Assembly: GCA_965202585.1 (NCBI GenBank)
Contig: OZ241826.1
Span: 93,992,001 to 94,056,000, forward strand
Source of the DNA: Thalia democratica
Lineage: Eukaryota
Direction: 5' to 3'
Length of the DNA stretch: 64,000 nt
A program made the translations under genes and the position numbers. The notes beneath the pieces are model-generated. The model made no database searches. It worked only from the letters and a program-made list of their open reading frames with translations, and was not told where the DNA came from. Positions 1 to 10,245 of the stretch are shown here, piece by piece (the stretch's first letter is position 1; every line of letters starts with the position of its first letter).

Positions 1-1
1 A

Positions 2-136
2 AACATTAAAGCGTATTTTCCTAGGGAGGATCTTAACAAAAATGGCGAAAAAATAGGGAAAAATAAAGCGTATGATTTAAGAGAACGAAGAAATAAAATT
101 AATTACGCAGAAAGTTCATCTGATGACGAAATATAA
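2..136 (+). CDS. pol: C-terminal 44 aa of retrotransposon Pol/integrase (5' partial)
   Basis: Frame 2 reads NIKAYFPREDLNKNGEKIGKNKAYDLRERRNKINYAESSSDDEI*. NIKAY resembles the end of the gypsy integrase CTD (N/R-LK-x-Y), and YDLRERR..NY.E is the common Y-x-LR-x-R tail of Pol. Confidence 0.6.
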   Translation, partial: NIKAYFPREDLNKNGEKIGKNKAYDLRERRNKINYAESSSDDEI

Positions 137-894
137 GTCTGGCTGTAAATGCAAAAAAAATATTAAACTTATAGTTTCAGTTTTTTTCGGAATCACAAAT
201 ATTGATTTTCTAAGTATAAACTTACTGGTAAAATCAGCAAAAGTTATTTTTGATAATCAATATTTTCTTATCATTTCACTTGTTGGGAAACAATGCTGAA
301 ATTAATTTATTGAAATATTTTAATACTGAAACTAGTTTGAAACTAAGTTTTTGTGTTTAAGCAAAGAGAAAAAACTTTGACGACACCAGTTTAATAAAAA
401 AATCATCTCTTATCAAGTTTTAAATTAATTGTTTCCTAAGTTTAAAACACTTGTCAGTTTTTATTACATTAGCAAGTTCAAGCGAAAATTATCGAAAGTG
501 TTTCTTTTCACTCCCTAATGAATTTCATTCGCTACACGCGTAAACTTGCGGTTTTTATTTTCCCTTACTTTTTAAGTGTTCTGTTACGAACTTCAAAAAA
601 ACCTATACAGTTTTCTTTGCTTTCGCTACAATTCCAAGAATTTTTTTCTTTATTCATATTCAAGCCTCTAGTTTTAAAACAGTGATTTTGTGAAACTTAA
701 ATGTTTTATAGACATACTAAGCTTTCAAAGTTAAAATGTAAACCAAATCATGCACGTTTAAAAAAGATTACAAAACGGAAACACCTGCATAAACAAAAAT
801 AAATCAATGTTATCTCGATGTTTAGTTTATTTTTAAACCGTACTCCTTTGATTATAAATAAAATGGATATTTATAAATTTCTATGACAAACTTT

Positions 895-929
895 TCTTTT
901 CTCTTTTCCGTCTTTGTTTCGATATATAG
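895..929 (+). promoter_or_regulatory. Candidate splice acceptor for subgenomic env mRNA
   Basis: Long polypyrimidine tract (TTCTTTTCTCTTTTCCGTCTTTGTTTC) then AG at 928-929, 35 nt before the likely env ATG at 964. Confidence 0.4.
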
Positions 930-963
930 CGAACATCGTTTTGAAGCAAACATTTGTTTAAAG

Positions 964-2685
964 ATGTTCCGTGTAGTAGTTTGTCTGATTCTGGTCCTTA
1001 TTATAAAAGCGGATGAGGTTATCCGTAAGCAATACTTACCGCTTTGCGAAAACTTTCCAGTAAAAGCCTACAAGCTGACAGACCCAGGCCCTTGCAAATC
1101 TTATAACGCCACACAAATAGTGTCCCCTGTTGACGTTTACAGACCAATAGACGACACGAAAACATTAAAAGCAATTGCATGTAGAGTTAAAATTGAGTAT
1201 CATGAGTGTACTTATTATTTTTTCTTTTCCAAAAACTGTATTTTGAAAAAGGTCGAATATCGACCGGTAGACGCTGATACATGCAAGCGTGCAGAAAGAA
1301 ATAGGGTTACAAGGCAGGGAGTCTTATCCCCAAAAACTGATAAAACACTTTCATCCAGAAACATTCTTAAACCAGTGTTTAGTTACCCGTGGACCACGGT
1401 AAATAAAGTCGAGAATTTTATACTCGCATTTATAACGGTTAACAAAGAGAGATCTTCGAAAACGTTTTCTCACATAACACTTGGAACTTTAAGATGTAAG
1501 CAAGAAGAAAAAGTTTGCTCAGCTGATAACTGGATCATCGTATACGAGGAAAAAATAGAAAACAGTTGCAAAGACCCACCAAAAATAAAAAATACCAGTC
1601 TGGTTTTGCACACTACGGCAAACGGCGTAATTTACGAGATTAAACAAACTAATCTCATTTCCACGATTCTTTCAAAGTGTGACGATAAAGTAACTAGATG
1701 TATACCTACAAAGGAAGGGGAAAAACTATTATGTTTTCTTTCCGGTCACGTCATTAAAATCAATGAGAGTGCAAATGTTTCATCGACAGAAGGGTTATTG
1801 ATGAACACTTCAACAAAATTCAAACAATTGTATGCAGCACTAGCAACAGTCGCAAATATAAATTTGTTAAACACACAGCTACTGCAGCGTGTTTTCGAAA
1901 ACGCGCTATGCAAGAACGCACGAACTAGTTTAGTAAGTTTAATGGGGTCTCAAAAGTTTAACCCTTCGAAAACTTTAAGCTTCCTGTTGGAAAGGGAAGT
2001 TAATGCTGTTTTCTCGGCTGGATTGTTACGCGAACTTAAGTGCGAGATGGTTGAGGCATACTTGCAACCAAGTCTTAATTATAAAGGTCGCATTTCTGAC
2101 CGACCTCTTTTTCAGGCCTATGTTGGTCTGGGGACGGTAATGACAAGCCTCCGTCAGGGGCGTTTCTTGTCAAAACATATTTCAAATACTGTTTTTACCG
2201 CAAAACAAAAACACTTTGAGTTCCGTGACAACGTTTTACTTTTTGAAAACGAAACGCTTGTGAACGAGCGACCTTCGATTCATCGAATAACAATTAAAAA
2301 TTTAAATCTTAAAGAAAAATTATTTGCAATCAATGAAAGCGAAATGGCAAAAGACATTGAACTTATTACTAGTTCTGAAGAAGAAAATACAAAGGAACAG
2401 CTGAAAAACCTCATCTATTTAACAAAGAAAACATACGAGGCCCAAGGCATTGATATCGAACCTTATCTATTGGAAGGCCAAGGGTTCGATTTTTCTTTTC
2501 TTACGGACATTTTCACATCAGTAACTTCCGGAATATGGGGGAAGGCAGGAAACATCATCGATATTCTGACCAAAGTATATACGATTGCAATATCCTTGCT
2601 TCTGATAACGGTCATTGTTCAATCAGTACGAGAAGGAATGTCAAAAGTTTGCGGAAGAAGAAGGGCGATACAGGTTGAAACTTAA
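964..2685 (+). CDS. env: Envelope-like class III viral fusion glycoprotein (gB / mononegaviral G-like)
   Basis: Signal peptide from Met28 of the ORF (MFRVVVCLILVLIIKA), 14 ectodomain Cys, several N-x-S/T sequons, and two aromatic loops (CTYYFFFSKNC, VFSYPWTT). The segment LCKNAR..KFNPSKTLSFLLEREVNAVFSAGLLRELKCEMV..ISDRPLF parallels herpes gB [46 protein letters not shown]. An amphipathic membrane-proximal region, a C-terminal TM helix and a short basic tail follow. No stops. Confidence 0.85.
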   Translation: MFRVVVCLILVLIIKADEVIRKQYLPLCENFPVKAYKLTDPGPCKSYNATQIVSPVDVYRPIDDTKTLKAIACRVKIEYHECTYYFFFSKNCILKKVEYRPVDADTCKRAERNRVTRQGVLSPKTDKTLSSRNILKPVFSYPWTTVNKVENFILAFITVNKERSSKTFSHITLGTLRCKQEEKVCSADNWIIVYEEKIENSCKDPPKIKNTSLVLHTTANGVIYEIKQTNLISTILSKCDDKVTRCIPTKEGEKLLCFLSGHVIKINESANVSSTEGLLMNTSTKFKQLYAALATVANINLLNTQLLQRVFENALCKNARTSLVSLMGSQKFNPSKTLSFLLEREVNAVFSAGLLRELKCEMVEAYLQPSLNYKGRISDRPLFQAYVGLGTVMTSLRQGRFLSKHISNTVFTAKQKHFEFRDNVLLFENETLVNERPSIHRITIKNLNLKEKLFAINESEMAKDIELITSSEEENTKEQLKNLIYLTKKTYEAQGIDIEPYLLEGQGFDFSFLTDIFTSVTSGIWGKAGNIIDILTKVYTIAISLLLITVIVQSVREGMSKVCGRRRAIQVET

Positions 2686-3246
2686 ATTAAAACATTAAAC
2701 AAAAACTAAGTTTACACATTTTTTTTTTTCTTTTTCTAAAACTTTTTTTGATCAATAAATCTATTTTAAACTTTTATATAAACTTTTAGATTTAAAATAC
2801 AAAAACCTAGTGCCTTAAGTGTAATTACTAAGATACTCACAAAATTCGCAATTGTAGTTTTATCGTTAATCAAATTAATAACAACTTTTTTTCTGTTTTG
2901 ACAAATGTTAGATTTAAATATAGTATTTTAAACTTGTTGTTTTTCAAATAATTTCCTAGTTTTTTTTTCTCTCAGTAAATAAAGTAAACTAAAATCTTGA
3001 TTACCAGTGAACGATTTATCTACAATATTTTTGTTAAACTTATTAACTATTCACATTATAGGCTCGTTTGTGTTTAAAAAGTTTTACCTTTTTTTTTTGA
3101 GTTAAAGATTTTTCAAAGGACTTATAAATTTGGAAACAAAATTACTTTTTAGATTAAACGACGAAATTTGCTTTTAATCGATAACTCATATCAATTTTTG
3201 ATAACATCTCCCAATTTTGTGTGTGAATCGCAAAAACAAATTTGTT

Positions 3247-3410
3247 TTATTATCTGACGAATATAATCTTTGTAACAATTTAACAACCAGTTTTTGTTCT
3301 GTTCTCAAAACAAATCAGTTTTATTATCTGACAAATATAATCTTTGTAACAATTTAACAACCAGTTTTTGTTCTGTTCTCAAAACAAATCAGCTTTATTA
3401 TCTGACAAAT
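3247..3410 (+). repeat. 74-bp tandem repeat (2 full copies plus a partial) between env and the small ORF
   Basis: TTATTATCTGAC recurs at 3247, 3321 and 3395; the units are nearly identical. Confidence 0.95.
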
Positions 3411-3599
3411 GTAATTTTTTTATAATTTAACTCCCAGTTGTTTTTCTCTGTTATTAAAACGAATCCTTTTTGTTTTTCAAATCGTTAATACATCGACCTT
3501 TCGAGAAATCAACTCTCAATTTGATTTTTTCCCTACTGGCACATAAGAAGAGCGGACATTGGAAGTTGCTGTTTCAAATTTTGTACACTTGGCATTAGG

Positions 3600-3854
3600 A
3601 TGTACCATAGAGATTATAGCCCAATTCATCGTCGTCGAACAAGGTCTAGGTCACCAACACCAAGAAGAATTAAAGTTGAGTGGGATGCCCCCACAATAAA
3701 AATCCGTGACAGCGAGGATACAGGGTCAAGGAGTGATCGAATTATCCAGAAGTTGGAAACGTGTTACCAAGTTTTCGCTAGAGTACAAGCAATAACCATG
3801 TTCATTGCAATGGTTATCATTGTGTTGAAAGCTGCTCTTGGAATCAATACATAA
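3600..3854 (+). CDS. 84-aa accessory ORF: Arg/Ser-rich N-terminus and C-terminal hydrophobic helix
   Basis: GC-richer island with RRRTRSRSPTPRR near the N-terminus and ITMFIAMVIIVLKAALGI at the C-terminus; lies between env and the PPT. Confidence 0.65.
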   Translation: MYHRDYSPIHRRRTRSRSPTPRRIKVEWDAPTIKIRDSEDTGSRSDRIIQKLETCYQVFARVQAITMFIAMVIIVLKAALGINT

Positions 3855-4022
3855 ATTGGTGAAGAAGGAACAGACATTGTACATAAGAAATTTATAAACA
3901 ATGAACACTATATTTAATAGAATATTTTTTTTTGTGTTTTTGTGTTATGTGTTTATTACAAGTTAAATTTATGTTGTTTAAATATCTTTTTGAAGAGCAG
4001 CTTTGATCATTTTTTCGTGAGT

Positions 4023-4042
4023 TAAGAAAAGTAGGGAAAGAG
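4023..4042 (+). other. Candidate polypurine tract
   Basis: AAGAAAAGTAGGGAAAGAG followed by TG at 4047. An alternative purine run at 4085-4096 directly precedes TG at 4097. Confidence 0.5.
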
Positions 4043-4046
4043 TTTT

Positions 4047-4750
4047 TGTCTTTTAACTAGGCTTTAATTACTAAGTTAAAAAGTAAAAAAAGAAAATGTC
4101 ATAATATTAATATCGAAATTTTCGTAAACAATAAAAACTGCGATAAGCTTTCTCATCGGAATTTTCGTAAACAATAAAAAGTGCGATAAGCTTTCTCATA
4201 AAAATCATTTAAAGTTGCATAACAAAATATCATTAAAAAACAAAACTGCGTTAAGCTTTCTCATCGGAATCTTCGTAAACAATAAAACTGCGATAAGCTT
4301 TCTCATAAAAAATCATTTAAAGTTGCATAACAATAATCATTTTCCCATAAAAAAGCCAATATTGAGAGAATATGTGTTCTTTCCGAATGCATATATAAGC
4401 GGTTGTTTAAGAAACAGTGCTCGCTTTTTGTTATGCCCTTGAAACAGCGCGGAACTCAACTATAAGCCGCAGGAAAGGTTTACTACGATCAAAGCTGCTA
4501 CGACTTTCAAACGGATATCTGTAACGTGTTAGTGTGTTTTATAACTTGTCACTGCACTTTATACTTATTAAAGCACAATTACTTAATCACACTGAAGTTG
4601 TATAAAATAGCAGAAGTTTAGTAATAATATAAATGCCTCCAACGCGCGGAAAAACTTCCAAGTCGAAGAAACTTTCCCTTCAACGAGTTTTGCGGTCCAA
4701 GGACAAAACGGACAAATCGACTAACATGGATAACTCTAATACAGGTTACA
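4047..4750 (+). mobile_element. Candidate 3' LTR (start 4047 or 4097; end ...GGTTACA)
   Basis: Contains U3-like tandem repeats (about 4110-4335), a TATA box (GCATATATAAGC near 4389) and ATTAAA near 4567, and ends in TTACA. No second LTR in the window to confirm it. Confidence 0.5.
4110..4335 (+). repeat. Nested tandem repeats of about 43 bp and about 120 bp in the putative U3
   Basis: TTCGTAAACAATAAAA occurs 3 times and (G)CGATAAGCTTTCTCAT 4 times with one variant; AAAATCATTTAAAGTTGCATAACAA occurs twice. Confidence 0.9.
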
Positions 4751-7621
4751 GTTTCAAGTGCACTGAACTAATCATAGACAAATATCAGTTGAATTTTTAA
4801 AGTGTTTAAAAACTCTACAAATAAAGCTTACTATCATCTTGATATATTTAAAAAACTTTTGTTTTTTAATGTGTTTAAATACCTATCTTAATATATAGTC
4901 ATCTAATGACTCTGTGTTCATTACATTTAAAATCCAATGTATAAATACGTAACTGAAATCTGTTTTAAACATAAACAACAGGAACTTGTTGTGTTCATTT
5001 AACAATATAGTTTAAAATAATAAAAGTTTTCAAAGAACTTTTATTTAAATGTTGAAAGGTGTTTTTATTTAAACATAACTTCTAGCACTTTAAAAATAAA
5101 AAATGTTTAAAACAAAAAAAATTATAATTGATATAACTACTTTAAGAAATAGCATTAAATAAAAATAAAACTTATATATTACAGCTAAGGTAAACATCTA
5201 CAAATAACTAAAGCAAAAAGTTTTAAATTTAGTATGTCCACACTTAGTGACGTCATAAGCTTTTACACACAAAAAAAAAGTCTCGAACTTTAAATATAAT
5301 CTTAAGTGTTTTACACTTGTTAGTTTGTTATAAACTTGAATATAATTATATTTGAAATTTAAAAGTCCCCAGTTGTGTGCCTAATATTGGTAGAAATCAA
5401 ATGTTCACAAAAGGACTTTACTAACAAAACACTGTTCAAAATAAATGTTTAAAAATTAAATGTTTAAAATAAACCTGTTATTTGCACTACAGTGGTAGTA
5501 CTTGAAAGTGTATTTTGGTAAATATACTCATGTTTATGTAAAAAAATCACTTGACGCAAATCTAGATCACCATTTTAAGTATTACAAATAAAAGTTAGAC
5601 ACCAGTTTTAATGGTTTCAAATACAAAACTCGCCTACAATTTTTAGAAACGATTCTAACGATTGACAGTTTACTCGTGTAAGAAGTCTATCATAAAGAAT
5701 GCCACTTAAAAATAAAGTATTTAAAAACAAATCTTGTGAAACTTGATATTTATATATTCAAAGGAACACAGGTATTTATATAATAGTATATTATAAGTAA
5801 AGCTGAGTGAAATCATAAATATAAGAAACTATAATATGAATGATTTGTTTATGCACTTGTGTTACTGAAGCTATGCTAAGTAACAAATTAGAATAATAAT
5901 GATTTTCAACTAATAACTTTCATTTCTTATTGTAATAAGTTGTTGTAACCAAAGTGATTACAACTTAAGAAATAAGACTGAAAATAAAATACGATTTTTT
6001 TACTCAAGTTTTGTTCTCAAACAATCCTTCAACACTAATCGTTATGCGGAGGTAAAAAAGAAAAATATTTTTAAAGGGTTCAATATTTTTGATTGTAACT
6101 GAACAATAGTTAGATAGTAGTTAATGTTTTTACCAGCTTACTTATTTATTGTTCATTATTTAAGACCTTCTAGTAGAACTATTTATTATCTAATTTATTT
6201 TGTACAATTTATTACAATATTTTATATTGAATCGTTTTATCGTACCACTTAAAAGCTTTTTATTGTATTTTAATATTGTTTTTTTTTTAATCTTAAATCT
6301 ACAGAAGTATTAGACAGCAAAAACGATAAAATTGAAGTACAGAATTTTTAAGTTTTTTTCAATACACAAACTTTTATTGTTAAAGCTCACTAAACACTTT
6401 TTTTTAATATTTAAATATTTATACCTTTCATACACATGTTAAAAATATTTTTGAAGCTTTAAAACTTTCTAAATGCACATTCAATTAATGTAGCTGTATT
6501 TCTTTTTCTTTTTTAAATAAATATAAATAAGTTGTAGTGACAAATAATTAATTTTTGATTTGTTCTTTATTTTTTAATTTTCATTTACATTAGAACGTTT
6601 ACGCTTAGGGATAATTTTAGTGTGACTTTACAATTGGAATTTGACATAATTATTACTTTAGTCTAGACTTAGTATTACTCGATATAAATAACCAGGCACA
6701 ACAATTGAGTGGGTTTCTCTATTAGACGAACTACAATGAACACAAAATCAATTGTAAAAATCACAAGAAGTATTAAATATGCAATTTGAGTACTAAAATA
6801 CTGTATAATAACCACTATGAAAAACTCAATAGTATTTCAAGAAATACTTATTATTAAATGCAAAACCAAGTGTTCAAAAATACAAGAACTATAAATGTAT
6901 GTGACTTATGTGAAAAATGCTTTATATTTAACCACTGTAAAAAATGCTTTAAATAATTCACTTGTTGAAAATCAAAAGAGCTATAAAAATGTACAGTAAG
7001 AGAATTAATAAACTTACTTTAAATAACAATCTTAAATCTAACAAACACAATAATAATTATATATACTAAAACTTTATAAAACAACTTAATACCAATATTC
7101 AAGTGACTTTCTTGTAAACAGTCTCTGCAGCTCCTGGCGGTTCAACACACAACTCAGTCTGGACTGTCAGCTTGTGACTCAAAACATTAAAATGATCGTT
7201 ACATCATACAGTTTTGATTGTACGCCTTAAAAGAGAAATGCACTCTCATTCTCTTTTATTCTCTTTACGTCATAAAAGAAGAATGCGCTCTTATTCTCTG
7301 TGTTATCTTTCTCACTTTTTTGTTACATCAGACTTTGCCCGGGCAAGACTTAGAAGTGCAATAACTCTTAGTTTTCTCTTAAAATAAAAACGGTTTTTAA
7401 GTGAAACTCGGAATATTGTTACAGTATTAGTCAAGATATTATTTTTTCTTGTTAAAAGTTACGAACTTGATTACTAGTCGTTTATTATACTGAAGTATGA
7501 TTAATGAATATAGTATCAGTACCTTCGTAAAAAACATTAAAAGCTTTTAAAAACTCTAAAGCAAAAACTTTATATTGTTTAAAAAATATTAAATTTAATA
7601 TCAAAATATGTAAGTTTATAT

Positions 7622-8946
7622 ATACTATCATCACTTCACAGTAGATTAAAACAATACAACTACCACATCACAGTAGATAGCAACACTACAACTATCACAT
7701 CACAGTAGATGCAACAATACAACTATCACATCACAGTTGATTGAAACAATACAACTATCACATCACAGTAGATGCAACAATACAACTATCACATCACAGT
7801 TGATTGAAACAATACAACTATCACATCACAGTAGATTAAAATAATACAACTATCACATCACAGTAGATTAAAATAATACAACTATCACACCACAGTAAAC
7901 TGCAACACTATAAGTATCAAATCACAGTGGATTGCAACTTTACAAATTTCACATCAAACTAGATCGCAACACTATAATCTACTATTATCATATCTTCGTC
8001 GTTTAATTATTTAAGAAACCAAACTTTGACAAAACTCTTTAAAAGGCTCAGTACTTTTTAGAGTTGTCTTAAGTTTACATAAATGTTCTTCCTATAGGTC
8101 TTGGAAAGTTAAAAATAATTGTCGGAAATCTATCACTTTGTAATGGAATACTAGTTAAACTGCGTTTCCATTTAGATGTATACTGAATAAAGTAGAGGAT
8201 AGTTATGATAAAATGAGTCTTTTGAAAGATTTCCCAGGCTATGTTCATCTATATGTATACTGAGTTTCGGCAGAGACATGTACTTTAGACCACCTTGCTG
8301 CTGCTACATTTTGTTCAAGTAGACATTTGTATTTTTTGTTGTTAAATTTAAAACTTGTTTTCAAAAAGTGTTTTTTTTTTTTTAAACTGCAATTTTTTTT
8401 TTTAATTTAAGTACTTATTTGTAATATGACTTGATACATAAGTAGAGTATACTCCTTTAAAATTAAATTATTAAGTAAAGTTTTGACCACATTTAAGATA
8501 TTTGCTAAAGTATTAATTTTCTTATACGTTTGTTAGTTTTTGCAATTGTCAATTCAAGTAATGCCTAGTTTTCATAAGTAGTTCTAAGTACCATTTGATA
8601 TAAGTATTAGTTGGGTTAATGTTATTATTTATTTGATATGCGTTATAGTGTAGGTATAAAGTACACTATAACCTTATCTGCAATTTAAAATGGTTATAAC
8701 TAAAAAAAAACTTTTTATTTTAATTTTTACTGTATTTATTTGTAACGTTGCGATCAACTGTGATGTGATAGTTGTAACAATGCGATGTACTGTGATGTTC
8801 TAGTTGTAGTGTTGCTATCTACTGTGATGTGATAGTTATATCGTTGCAGTTTACTGTGATGTGATAGTTGTATTGTTGCAATCTACTGTGATGTGATAGT
8901 TGTATCGTTGCGGTCTACTGTGATGTGACAGTTGTATTGTTGCGAT
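7622..8946. mobile_element. Foldback-like element: inverted arrays of a 31-32 bp unit around a spacer of about 770 bp (copy 1)
   Basis: TACAACTATCACATCACAGTAGATTGCAACAA-like units at 7655, 7687, 7718, 7750, 7781, 7813, 7845, 7877, 7909; the reverse-complement array lies at 8741-8946. Confidence 0.8.
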
Positions 8947-10245
8947 TTTTTGAACACTTTAGGCCTAAAGCAACACGATTACAATCTGGAGCTTAAAATA
9001 GTTTGTTTACTTATTCTGTTAGCAAATATATTTATTTTTTAATGTAGCTGAAAATGAAGTATAGATATAAGACAAATTAATTTTGAGCATTATGAATGAA
9101 TTGAAAGTGTTGCTTTGTTCATTGAACAAATAAAATTCAGAAAAATTGGGTTTAAAATATTTTTTGTTTAAAACGATCATTTGTACGTTTGTACGTTTGT
9201 TCTTTTTTTTCTTTACAACGTAATTGAGTTTTAGATTTACATTTCGAATAAGCCCGTAATTTCATAGTTAAAAAAAAAAAATTATCATATAAATACTAAG
9301 GAACTTTGAACAACTTTAAATTATAAATTTACTTTGGTTTTGTTAAAAAAATTTTGTTTACAAACTAATATTCAAGTTTAAAAAAATAAATGATACACTT
9401 ACTTCTAAACTAAAATCTTTAAATAAATAATACAAAAAAGTTTAGACTTGAAATATTTTCTAGTTTTATTCTGTTAAAATTGAAAACATGGAACAAGTTT
9501 TTGAAAAATCACAAACGTTTTTAAAAATTTTAATAGTTGTTATTGTCATCGCTAGTTTTAACAAAAAAAAATAATACAAAACAGTATAAATCTTTTTTTT
9601 TTATAAATCAGTTCTAAAAAAAATTTTTTTATGTTTAGATTTCATTAATTTTTGTATTTTTATACTCCCCATAGTTCTTAAATTTTATTATTAATTACAT
9701 TCAAACTAGTTACCATTTTAACAATCTAGCACAGACTATTGCTTTTGTAAAGGCAAGATTGAGTTTATTTCTATATTTTTTATAATTAAATACAAACTAG
9801 TTACTTTATAAAAGATAATTTTTGCAAAAATTCATAAAGCTTCAAATTTAAGAAAATTAACATCTTACAGCTGATCACAATTTATAACAGCATCAACTTT
9901 AAGAAGATGGTTGTTATATTGCTTAATTCTAAAAAAAGAAACAGATTCAATTAAAGATTATATTAATTAAAAATTCTTAAAAAAAAACTGTTCAGCCAGA
10001 TGAAAAGTATCAATTCGAAAAGTAATACGAGTTAAAACAGATTACGTAGAAATGATTCAGTAGTTTAAATCTTAAAACGTTATGAGAGCTACTTGATTCT
10101 TATAATAATCATTATACTGTATTATGTTAAATAGATATACGTAGAAAACAAATTATTTGTGTTAAATAAGTACAAAAATATAAAACATAGTTTGAATTGC
10201 ATTGTTTTGGTTTTTTTAGTTTTAATCGATGATTAAAATCTGTTA

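Larger units (their letters stand above)
1..4750 (+). mobile_element. 3' half of an env-bearing LTR retrotransposon (probably Ty3/gypsy): pol tail - env - small ORF - PPT - 3' LTR
   Basis: The order of parts is typical: integrase-like tail (2-136), 574-aa type I membrane glycoprotein, small ORF, purine tract, then a promoter/polyA-like segment ending GGTTACA at 4750, after which the sequence returns to bulk AT-rich. The 5' part lies outside the window, so superfamily and right boundary are inferred. Confidence 0.75.

Noticed and set aside
883-963. First 27 codons of the 600-aa ORF
   Set aside because: They overlap a polypyrimidine/acceptor tract; the signal peptide starts at Met28 (964).
3726-4442. 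ORFs 3726-3908(-) and 4215-4442(+)
   Set aside because: One is an antisense shadow of the 84-aa ORF; the other is a translation of LTR tandem repeats.
4520-4750. TGTAAC...GTTACA 231-bp segment as a separate solo LTR
   Set aside because: No TSD (ATATC vs GTTTC) and no PPT; better read as the distal part of the larger LTR.
7655-7975. 32-bp periodic array as a CRISPR
   Set aside because: Head-to-tail tandem units with no unique spacers, eukaryotic context, no cas genes.
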